A DNA stretch of 64,000 nucleotides from Patescibacteria group bacterium (GCA_028868715.1 JAGWUB010000002.1:8430-72429), one strand, 5' to 3'; shown: positions 7,852 through 18,527, numbered from the stretch's first letter. Numbers and translations: made by a program. Notes: generated by a model from the sequence alone, not told the origin.

Positions 7852-10663
7852 GAAAATTGAAAAAAAATGGCAAAATATTTGGGAGAAAAAGGGAGTTTAT
7901 CATGCCGATGATAAATCTAAGAAACCCAAGTATTATACTTTAATTGAATTCCCATATCCTTCCGGTGATGGCCTTCATGTAGGACACCCTAGGCCGTACA
8001 TAGGTATGGATGTTATTTCTAGAAAAAGACGAATGCAAGGGTACAACGTACTTTACCCGATAGGTTGGGACGCCTTTGGATTGCCGACAGAAAACTATGC
8101 CATAAAGACTGGTAAGGATCCCAGAGTGGTTACCAAGAAAAATACTGACACTTTTAGAAAACAAATAAAGTCTTTAGGGGTTTCCTTTGATTGGTCACGA
8201 GAAATTAATACCACTGACCCAAAATATTATAAATGGACCCAATGGATATTTTTACAATTTTATAAAAAGGGCTTAGCTTATAAGGCTAAGATGACCATTA
8301 ATTGGTGCCCAAAGGATAAAATAGGTTTAGCCAACGAAGAAGTGATAAATGGGTGTTGCGAGAGGTGTGGCACACCAGTTGAAAAGCGAGAGAAAGAACA
8401 GTGGATGCTGGGCATTACTAAATATGCTGAGAGATTGGATAAAGATTTAGATACCGTTGATTATTTACCACAAATAAAAATAGGGCAGAGGAATTGGATA
8501 GGGAAGTCTGTGGGCGCAGAGATAGAATTTAAAATATCTTCAACCAACGAAAGTATAAAAGTATTCACCACTCGACCAGACACTATTTTCGGCGCTACAT
8601 TTATTGCGTTAGCTCCTGAGGTGGCAAAGAAAATAACAGGTAAAGATTTTGGCATAAAAGTAGATACCGATCGAGAGAATAAAGAAAAAATTGGTATAGA
8701 TACTGGGTTGAAGGCTAAAAATCCTGCGAGCGGTGAACAAATACCCGTATTCGTAGTCAATTATGTATCCGCAGATTATGGCACAGGAGCTATAATGGGA
8801 GTACCGGCGCACGATGAAAGAGATTTTGAATTTGCGAAAAAATATAATTTACCAATTATAGATGTGGTAATACCCATTAGAGTTGATAATACCAATCCTC
8901 ATATTTCTGGTAAAAAAATTGTTGAAAGAAAAGCTGTTCAAGCAATAATTAGAAATCCAAAAAATGGAAAAATTCTTTGTTTAAATTGGAAGGCTCATCC
9001 ATGGACTACGTTTGTGGTTGGTGGAGTGGAAAAAGGAGAAGATATTCTAGAAGCCGCAAGACGAGAAGTGTTAGAAGAAACAGGTTATAAAAATATAAAA
9101 TTTATAAGAGTATTAGGTGGCCAAGTAAGAAGTGAGTTTTTTGCAGCACATAAAGACGAAAATAGAGTTGCATATTTTAATGCTATTTTATTTGAACTAG
9201 AGAACGAAGATAGGATCGAAGTTTCAAGAGAAGAAATTGAAAAACATGAAGTTGTATGGAAGGACCCAAAAGATATTCGTTCTGATACTATGCAATGTGG
9301 AGAGCTAGATATTTGGCTTGAAAGACTAAAAAATGAAAACGCTGTTAATGCAGAGAATGGTATTCTAACTAACTCTGGAAAATTTAATGGCATGGACAGT
9401 GAAAATGCTAAGAAGGAAATCATTAAATTTGTTGGTGTAGAGGAAAAAACAACCTTCAAGCTTCGGGATTGGATATTCTCTAGACAGAGGTACTGGGGTG
9501 AACCAATACCTATTATTCATTGTAGTAAATGTGGTATGGTTCCAGTTCCTGAAAAAGATTTGCCCGTAGAGCTTCCTAAGGTAAAAAATTATCAGCCGAC
9601 GGATAGTGGCGAATCACCACTGGCCAATATTTCTAAATGGGTCAATGTAAAATGTCCAAAGTGTAAAGGGGGAGCATTGAGGGAGACAGATACTATGCCA
9701 AACTGGGCAGGCTCAAGCTGGTATTACCTTAGATATACAGACCCTAAAAATAAAAATGCATTTGCTGACAAGAAAAATTTGAAATACTGGACACCAGTAG
9801 ATTGGTACAACGGTGGCAACGAACACACCACGCTTCATCTTTTATATTCTCGTTTTTGGCACAAATTTCTGTATGATTTAAAGCTCGTACCAACTTCCGA
9901 GCCGTACATGAAGCGTACTTCTCATGGCATGATTCTCGGTGAAGGGGGAGTAAAGATGTCTAAATCAGTCGGCAACGTCATCAACCCAAACGAAATCGTA
10001 AAAATATATGGAGCCGATACAATGCGAGTTTACGAAATGTTTATGGGGCCGTTCGATCAGTCTGTGGCTTGGAGTGACGAAGCGATCATAGGTCCACGAA
10101 GATTTTTAGAAAAAGTTTGGAAGTTGGGGGAGCTGGTAGAGAAAAATTCAGTCCGTGTCGGAGCCCGCTTGCGGGTAAAGCGGCGTGATTTTTCTCTACC
10201 AGATTCCACTATAGCTAAACTCTTAAACAAGACAATAAAAAAAGTTTCTGAAGATATAGAAGCTATGCATTTCAATACCGCCATTTCTGCAATGATGATA
10301 CTTGCTACAGAAATGCAAAAATCAGAATCTGTTTCAGAAAAAGATTTCAAAATGTTTTTACAAATTTTAGCCCCATTCGCACCACACATTACCGAAGATC
10401 TCTGGCAGACACTCGGAGAGAAAAAATCTATCGATCTTTCCGTTTGGCCCAAGTGGGATGAAAATTTAATTCAAGACGAAGAGGTGACCATAATAGTTCA
10501 AGTAAATGGCAAAGTACGCGGACAATTTAAAGCTTCTGTAGACATAAGTGAGGCTGAAGCTAAAAGCAAAGCAGAGAATTTACCAGAAGTTAGGAAATGG
10601 ATAACCACAGGTGTCAAGAGGTTTGTGTTTATCCCCAGAAAACTTATTAACATTGTAGTTTAG
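7832..10663 (+). CDS. leuS: Leucyl-tRNA synthetase carrying an inserted NUDIX hydrolase domain (~aa 365-485)
   Basis: HIGH (DGLHVGHPRPY) and KMSKS (VKMSKSVGNV) motifs, the TTRPDTIFGATF and GTGAIMGVPAHDERD editing-domain motifs, and RDWIFSRQRYWGEPIP. Between LPIIDVV and FKLRDW lies a ~145-aa extra segment containing a perfect Nudix box, GGVEKGEDILEAARREVLEETGY. Confidence 0.9.
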   Translation: MHKYDHKKIEKKWQNIWEKKGVYHADDKSKKPKYYTLIEFPYPSGDGLHVGHPRPYIGMDVISRKRRMQGYNVLYPIGWDAFGLPTENYAIKTGKDPRVVTKKNTDTFRKQIKSLGVSFDWSREINTTDPKYYKWTQWIFLQFYKKGLAYKAKMTINWCPKDKIGLANEEVINGCCERCGTPVEKREKEQWMLGITKYAERLDKDLDTVDYLPQIKIGQRNWIGKSVGAEIEFKISSTNESIKVFTTRPDTIFGATFIALAPEVAKKITGKDFGIKVDTDRENKEKIGIDTGLKAKNPASGEQIPVFVVNYVSADYGTGAIMGVPAHDERDFEFAKKYNLPIIDVVIPIRVDNTNPHISGKKIVERKAVQAIIRNPKNGKILCLNWKAHPWTTFVVGGVEKGEDILEAARREVLEETGYKNIKFIRVLGGQVRSEFFAAHKDENRVAYFNAILFELENEDRIEVSREEIEKHEVVWKDPKDIRSDTMQCGELDIWLERLKNENAVNAENGILTNSGKFNGMDSENAKKEIIKFVGVEEKTTFKLRDWIFSRQRYWGEPIPIIHCSKCGMVPVPEKDLPVELPKVKNYQPTDSGESPLANISKWVNVKCPKCKGGALRETDTMPNWAGSSWYYLRYTDPKNKNAFADKKNLKYWTPVDWYNGGNEHTTLHLLYSRFWHKFLYDLKLVPTSEPYMKRTSHGMILGEGGVKMSKSVGNVINPNEIVKIYGADTMRVYEMFMGPFDQSVAWSDEAIIGPRRFLEKVWKLGELVEKNSVRVGARLRVKRRDFSLPDSTIAKLLNKTIKKVSEDIEAMHFNTAISAMMILATEMQKSESVSEKDFKMFLQILAPFAPHITEDLWQTLGEKKSIDLSVWPKWDENLIQDEEVTIIVQVNGKVRGQFKASVDISEAEAKSKAENLPEVRKWITTGVKRFVFIPRKLINIVV

Positions 10664-10681
10664 GTATAGTACAATAGACCT

Positions 10682-12787
10682 ATGTATTCAAATATATTTC
10701 ATAGGATTTCTTTATTATCACTTTTTGTAGTTGTAGTATTATTACCAATATTTTTCTTGCCTTTTGTTAATGTTTCAATTGAAACTGGCAAAGGACTATT
10801 TTTAGTAGTTGGTCTTCTGGTTTCAGTAATTCTTTGGATAATTGTTAGATTTTCTGACGGAAAAATTGGATTACCAAGGTCTATGGTTCTTGCTGCCGGC
10901 GGAGGCATTGTCTTAGTTTCTCTTTTGTCATCTCTTTTCTCCGGAGCACTCGGTGCAACTCTTTTTGGTACAATGTTTGACGTCGGTACTTTTTGGTTTA
11001 TTTTTGCCTGTTTTCTTTTAATGCTGATATCTTCTATTATTTTCCGCGATCCTAAAAATTCCAGAATAGTTTTATTTGGGACAATACTTTCCTCTGGTGT
11101 ACTTTTAATTTTCCAAGTATTACATTTATTTTTAGCTAAGTTCTTATCTCTAGGAGTTTTAGCAAGTAAAACTGATAATCTTTTAGGTTCTTGGAACGCA
11201 CTTGGTATTTTTGCTGGTTTCTTTGTTGTATCCTCGCTGTTTGCGATTGAGTTTTTCCCGATTGCTAAAAGATTGAAAATAATATTAGGAGCATTGACTA
11301 TATTTTCAACATTATTGATTGCGATTGTTAACTTTGTTTTAGTATGGGAAATTCTAGGTATCTTTGCTTTGCTTATCTTTGTGTACAAGATTTCTATTAA
11401 CGCCAACCAAATGCAAGGTGAGACTAAAGTTCAATTCCCAATCTTTTCTTTTGTGATAGTTTTGTTATCTCTCTTCTTCTTTATGTCATCTAGTTTTATC
11501 GGGGGATTTTTGCCTACAAAATTAGGAGTAATCAACAATGAGGTCAGCCCATCCTTTACATCTACAATGTCTGTAACCAAATCAGTTATTCAAGCAAGCC
11601 CAATTTTTGGTATAGGTCCAAATAGATTTGGAGATGCTTGGGCGCTTTATAAACCCACCATTATAAATTCTAGTCAGTTTTGGGATGTAGCCTTTAATTC
11701 TGGTTCTGGTTTGATACCGACATTGACTGCTACTACCGGAATACTCGGCATTCTTAGTTGGCTTGTTTTTCTCGTACTATTTATTTTTACGGGTGTTAAA
11801 TGGCTATTCTTTAGTATAAAAAATAACGTGAGTCTAGAAACCGTATCCTTCTTCTTCCTATCTCTTTACTTGTTTATTTCTTCTTTCTTTTACTTCACTG
11901 GTACGGTCATATTCCTGCTCGCCTTTGTATTTGCCGGAGTGTTTATCGGGTTAGTTTCTTCAACTCGTAAAAATGGGGAAATCTCTATGTCATTTTTCGA
12001 TGATCATCGAAAGAGTTTTTTCTTCATGCTTTTCCTTATCATATTAATGATTGCTTCCGCTGCAATTGGCTTTAATTATATTCAACGTTTCGTTTCTGTT
12101 CCTTACTTCACAAAAACACTTTCCACAGGAAGTGTACCAGAGGCAGAAACTTCAATAAACAAAGCTTTGTTGTTAAATTCTAATGATTTATACCTTCGAA
12201 CCTATGCGCAAGTATATCTGGCTAAATTAAATGCCATAGTTTCTAAAGGATCAGCTACTTTATCTGACGCAGACAAAGCGGATCTACAAAGTTCTTTTGA
12301 TCAAGCTGTAAATGGTGCACAACTAGCGACAGTCTACGATTCAAAGAATTACCTAAATTTCCAAATGCTAGGATCAGTATTTCAAACCGCGGGTTTGATC
12401 GGAGTGAAAGATGCTTACAGTAAAGCGCTGGATGCGTATAAAAAAGCTTCAGAACTAAATCCAGCTAATCCAAGAATAAAACTTCTTTTGTCCAATGTCT
12501 CTGGCGCCCTTAATCAAACACAAGACGCAAAAACTTACGCCAATCAGGCGCTGACCCTAAAGCCAGACTATATTGATGCCTTGATTACTTTGGCTCAGAT
12601 ATCAAAAAATGAAGGTGATATCACCACAGCAATTTCGTATGCTGAACAAGCCCTTGCAATATCTCCAACCAATAAAGATCTAATAAACTATGTGGATTCT
12701 TTGAAAAACGGAACTTATGCTAACACACCAGCTCCGACAACAGATACTACAACCACAACCCCAACACCTACTCCAAAAAAGAGATAG
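10682..12787 (+). CDS. Polytopic membrane protein (>=10 TM helices) with C-terminal TPR repeats and a Thr/Pro-rich tail; possibly an O-antigen-ligase/Wzy_C-like glycosyl-carrier protein
   Basis: Long hydrophobic N-terminal two-thirds. The C-terminus has TPR-like helices (AYSKALDAYKKASELNP…, YANQALTLKPDYIDALITLAQ…, YAEQALAISPTN) and ends TTDTTTTTPTPTPKKR. The family assignment is inference. Confidence 0.45.
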   Translation: MYSNIFHRISLLSLFVVVVLLPIFFLPFVNVSIETGKGLFLVVGLLVSVILWIIVRFSDGKIGLPRSMVLAAGGGIVLVSLLSSLFSGALGATLFGTMFDVGTFWFIFACFLLMLISSIIFRDPKNSRIVLFGTILSSGVLLIFQVLHLFLAKFLSLGVLASKTDNLLGSWNALGIFAGFFVVSSLFAIEFFPIAKRLKIILGALTIFSTLLIAIVNFVLVWEILGIFALLIFVYKISINANQMQGETKVQFPIFSFVIVLLSLFFFMSSSFIGGFLPTKLGVINNEVSPSFTSTMSVTKSVIQASPIFGIGPNRFGDAWALYKPTIINSSQFWDVAFNSGSGLIPTLTATTGILGILSWLVFLVLFIFTGVKWLFFSIKNNVSLETVSFFFLSLYLFISSFFYFTGTVIFLLAFVFAGVFIGLVSSTRKNGEISMSFFDDHRKSFFFMLFLIILMIASAAIGFNYIQRFVSVPYFTKTLSTGSVPEAETSINKALLLNSNDLYLRTYAQVYLAKLNAIVSKGSATLSDADKADLQSSFDQAVNGAQLATVYDSKNYLNFQMLGSVFQTAGLIGVKDAYSKALDAYKKASELNPANPRIKLLLSNVSGALNQTQDAKTYANQALTLKPDYIDALITLAQISKNEGDITTAISYAEQALAISPTNKDLINYVDSLKNGTYANTPAPTTDTTTTTPTPTPKKR

Positions 12788-12790
12788 CAG

Positions 12791-14470
12791 ATGAATAAGA
12801 TACTGAGGATTCTTGGCAAAGAATATGGGAATGTAAACCAGGCAGCACTTCTCTTAGGTATTTTTGCCTTTCTTTCGCAGATTTTAGCACTTTTCCGTGA
12901 TCGGTTCATGGCGCATTTTATTGGTCCTTCACCCACACTGGATGCTTATTATGCTGCTTTTCGTGTCCCAGACTTGATCTTTATCTCCATAGCCTCCCTA
13001 GCTTCTATCACGGTGCTCATCCCTTTTTTGGTGGAAAAAATGGATGATGGAAAAGTAACCCCTAAAGCTCAGAAATTTTTGAATGAAGTTTTCACTATTT
13101 TTTTTCTTACGATGATCTTGGTTTCATTTGTAGTTTTTTTACTTTTACCTATTCTGATACCATTTATCGCGCCAGGGTTTACTCCAGTTATGCAAGGAAA
13201 ATTAATTGTACTTTCACGCATAATGTTACTTTCTCCTATATTGATGGGACTTTCAAATCTCTTTGGCACGGTAACTCAGCTTTTTCGTAAATTTTTTATT
13301 TATTCCTTAAGCCCAATTCTTTATAACATCGGAATTATTATCGGAGTTGTGTTTATCTATCCTATCTTTGGAGTTTATGGTTTAGCCATCGGCGTTGCCC
13401 TCGGAGCCTTGATGCACTTTACTGTGCAAATACTTGCTTCATATAGCTGTGGATTCGTACCCAAGTTCTCAATATCTGTAAATTTTAAGGAAATAAAAAA
13501 AGTTGCGATGATTTCACTTCCACGCACCCTTGGTTTGTCTTTTAACAATATTGCCCTTATTTCCATAATTGCATTCGCGTCTTTTCTAAAGAGTGGTTCA
13601 ATATCTATCTATAATTTTGCGGACAATCTCCAATCTGTACCACTAAACATTATTGGCATATCATATGCTGTAGCTGCTTTTCCAACATTAACTAAATCAA
13701 TTTCTCTAGGAAAAATGGACGACTTTAGAAAACATTTAAAATCTGCCGCTCGGGCTATTACGTTTTGGTCAATCCCGGTTATCTTTCTTTTTATTGTTGT
13801 TCGTGCACAAATCGTGCGTGTGATACTTGGATCGGGATCATTTTCCTGGGACAACACCCGCCTAGTCGCGGCTTGTTTGGCCATCTTTTCAGTATCAATT
13901 TTGGCTCAGGGAATTACTACACTACTTTCTCGTGCCTATTATGCCAATGGCGACACCAAACGTCCCCTTATAGTTAATTTTTCTTGCTCAATATTAATTG
14001 TAATTTTGTCCTATATATTTATTCACTTTTTTGAAACCATGCCAATGTTACGGTACTTTATAGAATCAATGCTAAAAGTTAATGATATTCCGGGTACGGA
14101 AGTATTGATGTTGCCACTCGCATATTCTGCAGGTACTATTTTGAATGCAGTACTACACTGGTATTTTGTTCGTAAAGATTTTATGCACGGTGAATCTTTT
14201 ATTACGACTACTTTCTTTCAGAGCTTGGGAGCATCATTTTTCTTGGGCCTAGTCGCTTACTTGAGTTTAAATATTCTTGCGCCATTTTTTGGCACGACCA
14301 CTTTTTTAGGAGTGTTTTTGCAAGGATTTTTATCTGGACTTTTGGGTATAGCAGCCGCAATTTTAATATTACATTTACTTAAAAATCAGGAGTTAAAGGA
14401 TGTTCTAAAAACTCTTAAAACTAAGTTCTGGGATGTAAAAGTCATAGCACCATCCCAAGAAGAGCTGTAG
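12791..14470 (+). CDS. murJ: Lipid II flippase MurJ (MviN)
   Basis: N-terminal LSQILALFRDRFMAHFIGPSPTLDAYYAAFRVPDLIF is the conserved MurJ signature, and the ~14-TM architecture fits. Confidence 0.85.
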   Translation: MNKILRILGKEYGNVNQAALLLGIFAFLSQILALFRDRFMAHFIGPSPTLDAYYAAFRVPDLIFISIASLASITVLIPFLVEKMDDGKVTPKAQKFLNEVFTIFFLTMILVSFVVFLLLPILIPFIAPGFTPVMQGKLIVLSRIMLLSPILMGLSNLFGTVTQLFRKFFIYSLSPILYNIGIIIGVVFIYPIFGVYGLAIGVALGALMHFTVQILASYSCGFVPKFSISVNFKEIKKVAMISLPRTLGLSFNNIALISIIAFASFLKSGSISIYNFADNLQSVPLNIIGISYAVAAFPTLTKSISLGKMDDFRKHLKSAARAITFWSIPVIFLFIVVRAQIVRVILGSGSFSWDNTRLVAACLAIFSVSILAQGITTLLSRAYYANGDTKRPLIVNFSCSILIVILSYIFIHFFETMPMLRYFIESMLKVNDIPGTEVLMLPLAYSAGTILNAVLHWYFVRKDFMHGESFITTTFFQSLGASFFLGLVAYLSLNILAPFFGTTTFLGVFLQGFLSGLLGIAAAILILHLLKNQELKDVLKTLKTKFWDVKVIAPSQEEL

Positions 14471-14528
14471 ATTACTTTTCAGCCTTTGAATTATTGGTTT
14501 TTTCGGCTTTTTCTGCTAGAATTATAAA

Positions 14529-16286
14529 ATGTTTGTAAAAAAGATTTTTCAGCATATTTGGCCACGAATAATGAAATATAAATGGTCATTTTTCCTGACC
14601 TTTGTATTTTATGCATTTAGGGTTTTATTTGATTCAGTCCTAAAGACTCTTTATTTTAAAAAAATCATTGATGTGTTATCAATCCCAGGAATAAACAAAG
14701 CAGCATTTTCAACTGTTCTTATTCATCTCGTAATTATCAACATTTTGATTTTAGTGGGAGGGTATGTTTTTTCACGTCTGGGATCTTGGTGTATAGTTTA
14801 TTTTCAAAATAATGTAATGCGTGAACTTGCCGATTATTCTTTTGGCAAGATGATCAATCATTCATATAATTTTTTCTCAAACCGCTTTACGGGTAGCCTA
14901 GTCACAAAATCAAGGCGCTTTGTTCGTGCCTTTGAAGTGATGCACGATACTCTCATCTTTAATTTTTGGATGACCTTTATTACCTTGCTTGGTATTTTCG
15001 TGGTTTTATTTATCCAGGCTCCCACGATTGCCATTGTCTTTTTCGTTTGGGTTATTTTATATCTGATAATAATTTCTTTCTTTATCAGAAGAAGAATGAG
15101 ATACGATATTATTAAAGCAGAAGCTGATTCTAGGGTGGGGGGAAGATTGGCAGACGTTTTTTCAAACATCTTTGCCCTAAAAGTTTTTTCGGCCAAAGAA
15201 CGTGAAAAAACTTCTTTTGGTAAAGTAACTGAAAACGAACAATATCACCGTGGTAACTCATGGTATTTTGGAAACAAACAAGATGCCTTGCAGGCTGGGT
15301 TGATGACTGCTGTGCAGGCAGTCGTGTTGTATATAATAATAAAATTTTGGTTGGCAGGTACGATGAGTACTGGTACAGTTGTCCTAATTCAGATATATAT
15401 GGTATCTGTGTTTGATAGATTGTGGGACTTGGGTAAGGCGCTGACAAGATTTATGGAATCCGTTGCCGACATGAAAGAAGTTATAGATATTTTTGAAATT
15501 CAACCAGATATTTTAGATCCCCAAAATCCAGAAAAATCAAAAATGACACTAGGGAACATAGAGTTTGATAACATTAATTTTCGCTATGGTTCAGGGAACA
15601 AGGTTTTAAGTAATTTTAATTTGAAAATATCCGCAGGTGAAAAAGTTGGCTTGATCGGACATTCTGGTGCTGGTAAATCAACTATCACTAAACTTCTTTT
15701 AAGGTTTGTGGATGTGTCTTCTGGGAGCATAAAAATTGATAATCAAGATATACGCAATGTAACTCAAGACGACTTACGGAATGCGATTTCCTATGTACCC
15801 CAAGAACCAATGCTTTTTCATCGCACTATTAGCGAAAACATAACTTATGGCAAGCCGGATGCGACAGAGGAAGAAATAATTTCTGCGGCTCGTCGCGCTC
15901 ATGCACATGAATTTATTTCTACACTGCAAAATGGATATGATACGCTCGTAGGGGAGCGAGGCGTGAAGCTCTCTGGCGGAGAACGTCAACGGATTGCCAT
16001 CGCGAGGGTAATGCTTACTCATACACCTATTTTAATTTTAGATGAAGCTACTAGCTCTCTCGATAGTGTTAGTGAATCTTATATTCAAGATGCCTTTAAT
16101 GAACTTATGAAAGGTAAAACTACAATAATCATAGCCCACCGACTTTCCACCATTCAAAAAATGGATAGAATTATTGTTTTAGACAATGGTCACATAGTGG
16201 AAGAGGGAACGCATAAAGAGCTTTTAAAAAAAGGTGGCATATATGCCGATCTTTGGGATCACCAAACCGGTGGATTTTTAGATTAA
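14529..16286 (+). CDS. ABC transporter, fused permease/ATPase exporter (MsbA/lipid-A-flippase-like)
   Basis: Six-TM N-terminal domain, then Walker A (GHSGAGKST), the LSGGERQRIAIAR signature and Walker B (ILILDEATS). Confidence 0.85.
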   Translation: MFVKKIFQHIWPRIMKYKWSFFLTFVFYAFRVLFDSVLKTLYFKKIIDVLSIPGINKAAFSTVLIHLVIINILILVGGYVFSRLGSWCIVYFQNNVMRELADYSFGKMINHSYNFFSNRFTGSLVTKSRRFVRAFEVMHDTLIFNFWMTFITLLGIFVVLFIQAPTIAIVFFVWVILYLIIISFFIRRRMRYDIIKAEADSRVGGRLADVFSNIFALKVFSAKEREKTSFGKVTENEQYHRGNSWYFGNKQDALQAGLMTAVQAVVLYIIIKFWLAGTMSTGTVVLIQIYMVSVFDRLWDLGKALTRFMESVADMKEVIDIFEIQPDILDPQNPEKSKMTLGNIEFDNINFRYGSGNKVLSNFNLKISAGEKVGLIGHSGAGKSTITKLLLRFVDVSSGSIKIDNQDIRNVTQDDLRNAISYVPQEPMLFHRTISENITYGKPDATEEEIISAARRAHAHEFISTLQNGYDTLVGERGVKLSGGERQRIAIARVMLTHTPILILDEATSSLDSVSESYIQDAFNELMKGKTTIIIAHRLSTIQKMDRIIVLDNGHIVEEGTHKELLKKGGIYADLWDHQTGGFLD

Positions 16287-16359
16287 ACAAACTGGACAAA
16301 ATAGAAAAAAAGTAGTATTGTGACTTTGGAAAAGTATACTCTTTAGGAGGAAGGTGTAT

Positions 16360-16494
16360 ATGTTTTGGATGATAGTTGAAGTTGCGTTAGGTGTTGTCGT
16401 TGCATCTGTAATCTACTTTTTTATCTTCGTTGGGCGGATTGTTAGTCGTGGCACAAGGGCGCAACGATTGATCGACGAACATTTCGACAGATAG
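16360..16494 (+). CDS. Putative 44-aa small membrane protein (MFWMIVEVALGVVVASVIYFFIFVGRIVSRGTRAQRLIDEHFDR)
   Basis: Strong SD (AGGAGGAAGG) 6 nt upstream of the ATG, and a single TM helix followed by a basic tail. Too short for the ORF track; not verified. Confidence 0.3.
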   Translation: MFWMIVEVALGVVVASVIYFFIFVGRIVSRGTRAQRLIDEHFDR

Positions 16495-16599
16495 ACCGTG
16501 AATCAATCGCGGACAAAATGGCTTCTTGAACAATATGTTTCGAGGAGCCATTTAAACTTTATGCTGAAATTTTATAGGTTTTCTGTTAATATAGAATAA

Positions 16600-18402
16600 A
16601 TGGATTTAAAACACATACGAAATTTTTCAATTATAGCCCACATAGACCATGGTAAAAGTACCTTGGCTGATAGAATGCTGGAAATTACCCACACAGTGCC
16701 AGAGCGTAAAATGCGTGATCAAATGCTGGATTCCATGGAGCTGGAGCGTGAGCGAGGTATTACTATCAAGATGCAACCAGTTCGCATGGAATACGTTTTA
16801 AACGGTGAAAAATACATTTTAAACCTCATAGACACTCCAGGGCATATAGACTTCTCTTACGAGGTCTCAAGGGCTTTAAAGGCCGTAGAAGGCTCTATTT
16901 TACTGATTGACTCTACGCAGGGTGTACAGGCACAAACGCTTACCACGCTCGCTTTAGCGCGCGAGGGAGGCCTAAAAATAATCCCAGTACTATCCAAAAT
17001 AGATTCTCCACTCGCCAGAACAACTGATATAAAAGAAGAAGTAGTAAAGCTTTTAAATTGTGATCCAAATGAAATTTTATTAGTTTCTGGCCGCACCGGC
17101 GAAGGAGTAGAGAATCTTTTAAAAGAAGTTGTAAAGCAAATACCAGAGCCAAAAGAAACCCATAAAGGGGAGAACGTTTTACGGGCACTTGTTTTTGATT
17201 TTAAATATTCAAATCATCGTGGAGTAATTGTATTTGTGCGAGTACTTGATGGAAAAGTAAGGAAAGGTGATAGCTTACTTTTTGCGGTTTCGGGGGAAAA
17301 GTTTACTGCTCTTGAAGTCGGAACTTTCTCTCCAGAGGAAACTCCACGTGACTATCTCTCTGCTGGAGACACGGGGTATATAGTCACCGGTATCAAGAAA
17401 CCAGGCATAGCATCCGTCGGAGACACAATTACAATTTCTAAAAATCCACTTCCTGCTTTTCCGGGGTATATGCAACCTCTCCCAGTAGTCTGGGCTAGTG
17501 TATTTCCTGAAGATGCAGATGATTTTGCAGAATTAAAACTAGCCTTGGGTAAATTAAAGCTCTCAGACTCGGCTTTTTCATATGAGGAAGAATCTTCAGG
17601 ATCTTTAGGTAAAGGATTTCGCTGTGGATTTTTAGGGATGTTACATTTAGAAATTATTACTGAACGCTTAAAACGCGAGTTTAATCTACAGTTGGTAATT
17701 ACCACACCTTCAATTACTTATGAAGTTTTGATGAAAAACGGCAAACGAGAAAAAGTTTATTCACCCTATCATTTTCCAGATGATAGTAATGTGGAAAAAG
17801 TTTTTGAACCTTGGGTGACGATAAAGATAATAACTCCAGCAAATTATCTAGGGAGTATTATGCAACTCTTATTTGACCATGAATCTGAAATAGGCGAGAC
17901 GGAAAACTTTGGAGACAACCGTTCCTCTGTTTCTGTAAAAATGCCACTCCGCGAGCTGATGCGTAATTTTTTCGATGAGTTAAAAAGCACGTCTTCAGGG
18001 TACGGGTCTATCTCCTATGAAGTAGAGGGAATGCGTGAGGCCAATGTAACTAGGCTGGATATGCTAGTTGCCGATGAAGTAGTGCCAGCTTTCTCTAAAG
18101 TGATTTCTAGAAAAAGAGTAGAGATTGAAGCTGAAAAGGCAGTAGAAAAATTGCAAAAACTTTTGCCGAGGCAGATGTTTTCTTTGAAAATTCAAGGTAA
18201 GGCTCTGGGCCGAATTATTTCCTCACGCTCGCTTTCTGGTATGAAAAAGGACGTCACTCAACACATGTACGGTGGTGATATTACTCGAAAAATGAAACTT
18301 CGCGAGAAACAGAAAAAGGGTAAGAAGAAAATGAAAGAAAGAGGAAGAGTAAATATTCCCCAAGATGTATTCTTGAAGATGATGCGCACTGGCGAGAATT
18401 AA
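16600..18402 (+). CDS. lepA: Elongation factor 4 (LepA) GTPase
   Basis: IRNFSIIAHIDHGKSTLADRML, DTPGHIDF and a LepA-specific C-terminal domain. 600 aa. Confidence 0.9.
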   Translation: MDLKHIRNFSIIAHIDHGKSTLADRMLEITHTVPERKMRDQMLDSMELERERGITIKMQPVRMEYVLNGEKYILNLIDTPGHIDFSYEVSRALKAVEGSILLIDSTQGVQAQTLTTLALAREGGLKIIPVLSKIDSPLARTTDIKEEVVKLLNCDPNEILLVSGRTGEGVENLLKEVVKQIPEPKETHKGENVLRALVFDFKYSNHRGVIVFVRVLDGKVRKGDSLLFAVSGEKFTALEVGTFSPEETPRDYLSAGDTGYIVTGIKKPGIASVGDTITISKNPLPAFPGYMQPLPVVWASVFPEDADDFAELKLALGKLKLSDSAFSYEEESSGSLGKGFRCGFLGMLHLEIITERLKREFNLQLVITTPSITYEVLMKNGKREKVYSPYHFPDDSNVEKVFEPWVTIKIITPANYLGSIMQLLFDHESEIGETENFGDNRSSVSVKMPLRELMRNFFDELKSTSSGYGSISYEVEGMREANVTRLDMLVADEVVPAFSKVISRKRVEIEAEKAVEKLQKLLPRQMFSLKIQGKALGRIISSRSLSGMKKDVTQHMYGGDITRKMKLREKQKKGKKKMKERGRVNIPQDVFLKMMRTGEN

Positions 18403-18498
18403 AACCTACTGTTTTAATCTAAAGATAGGGGAGTAAAGCAATATCATACTTAATATGATTAATATACTGATTACTGCCCAAATAATTTGAATCTTCTT

Positions 18499-18527
18499 TT
18501 GATGTTTTTTATTGAAAAGCATATAAT
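18499..18527 (+). promoter_or_regulatory. Sigma-70-like promoter candidate (TTGATG - 17 nt - TATAAT) upstream of the 18548 gene
   Basis: -35 at 18499-18504 and -10 at 18522-18527 with 17-nt spacing, about 20 nt before the start codon. Confidence 0.3.

Noticed and set aside
16300-16360. Possible sigma-70 promoter (ttgtga…tatact) upstream of the small ORF and lepA
   Set aside because: The spacing between the candidate -35 and -10 hexamers is only ~11 nt, so it is not reported as a promoter.
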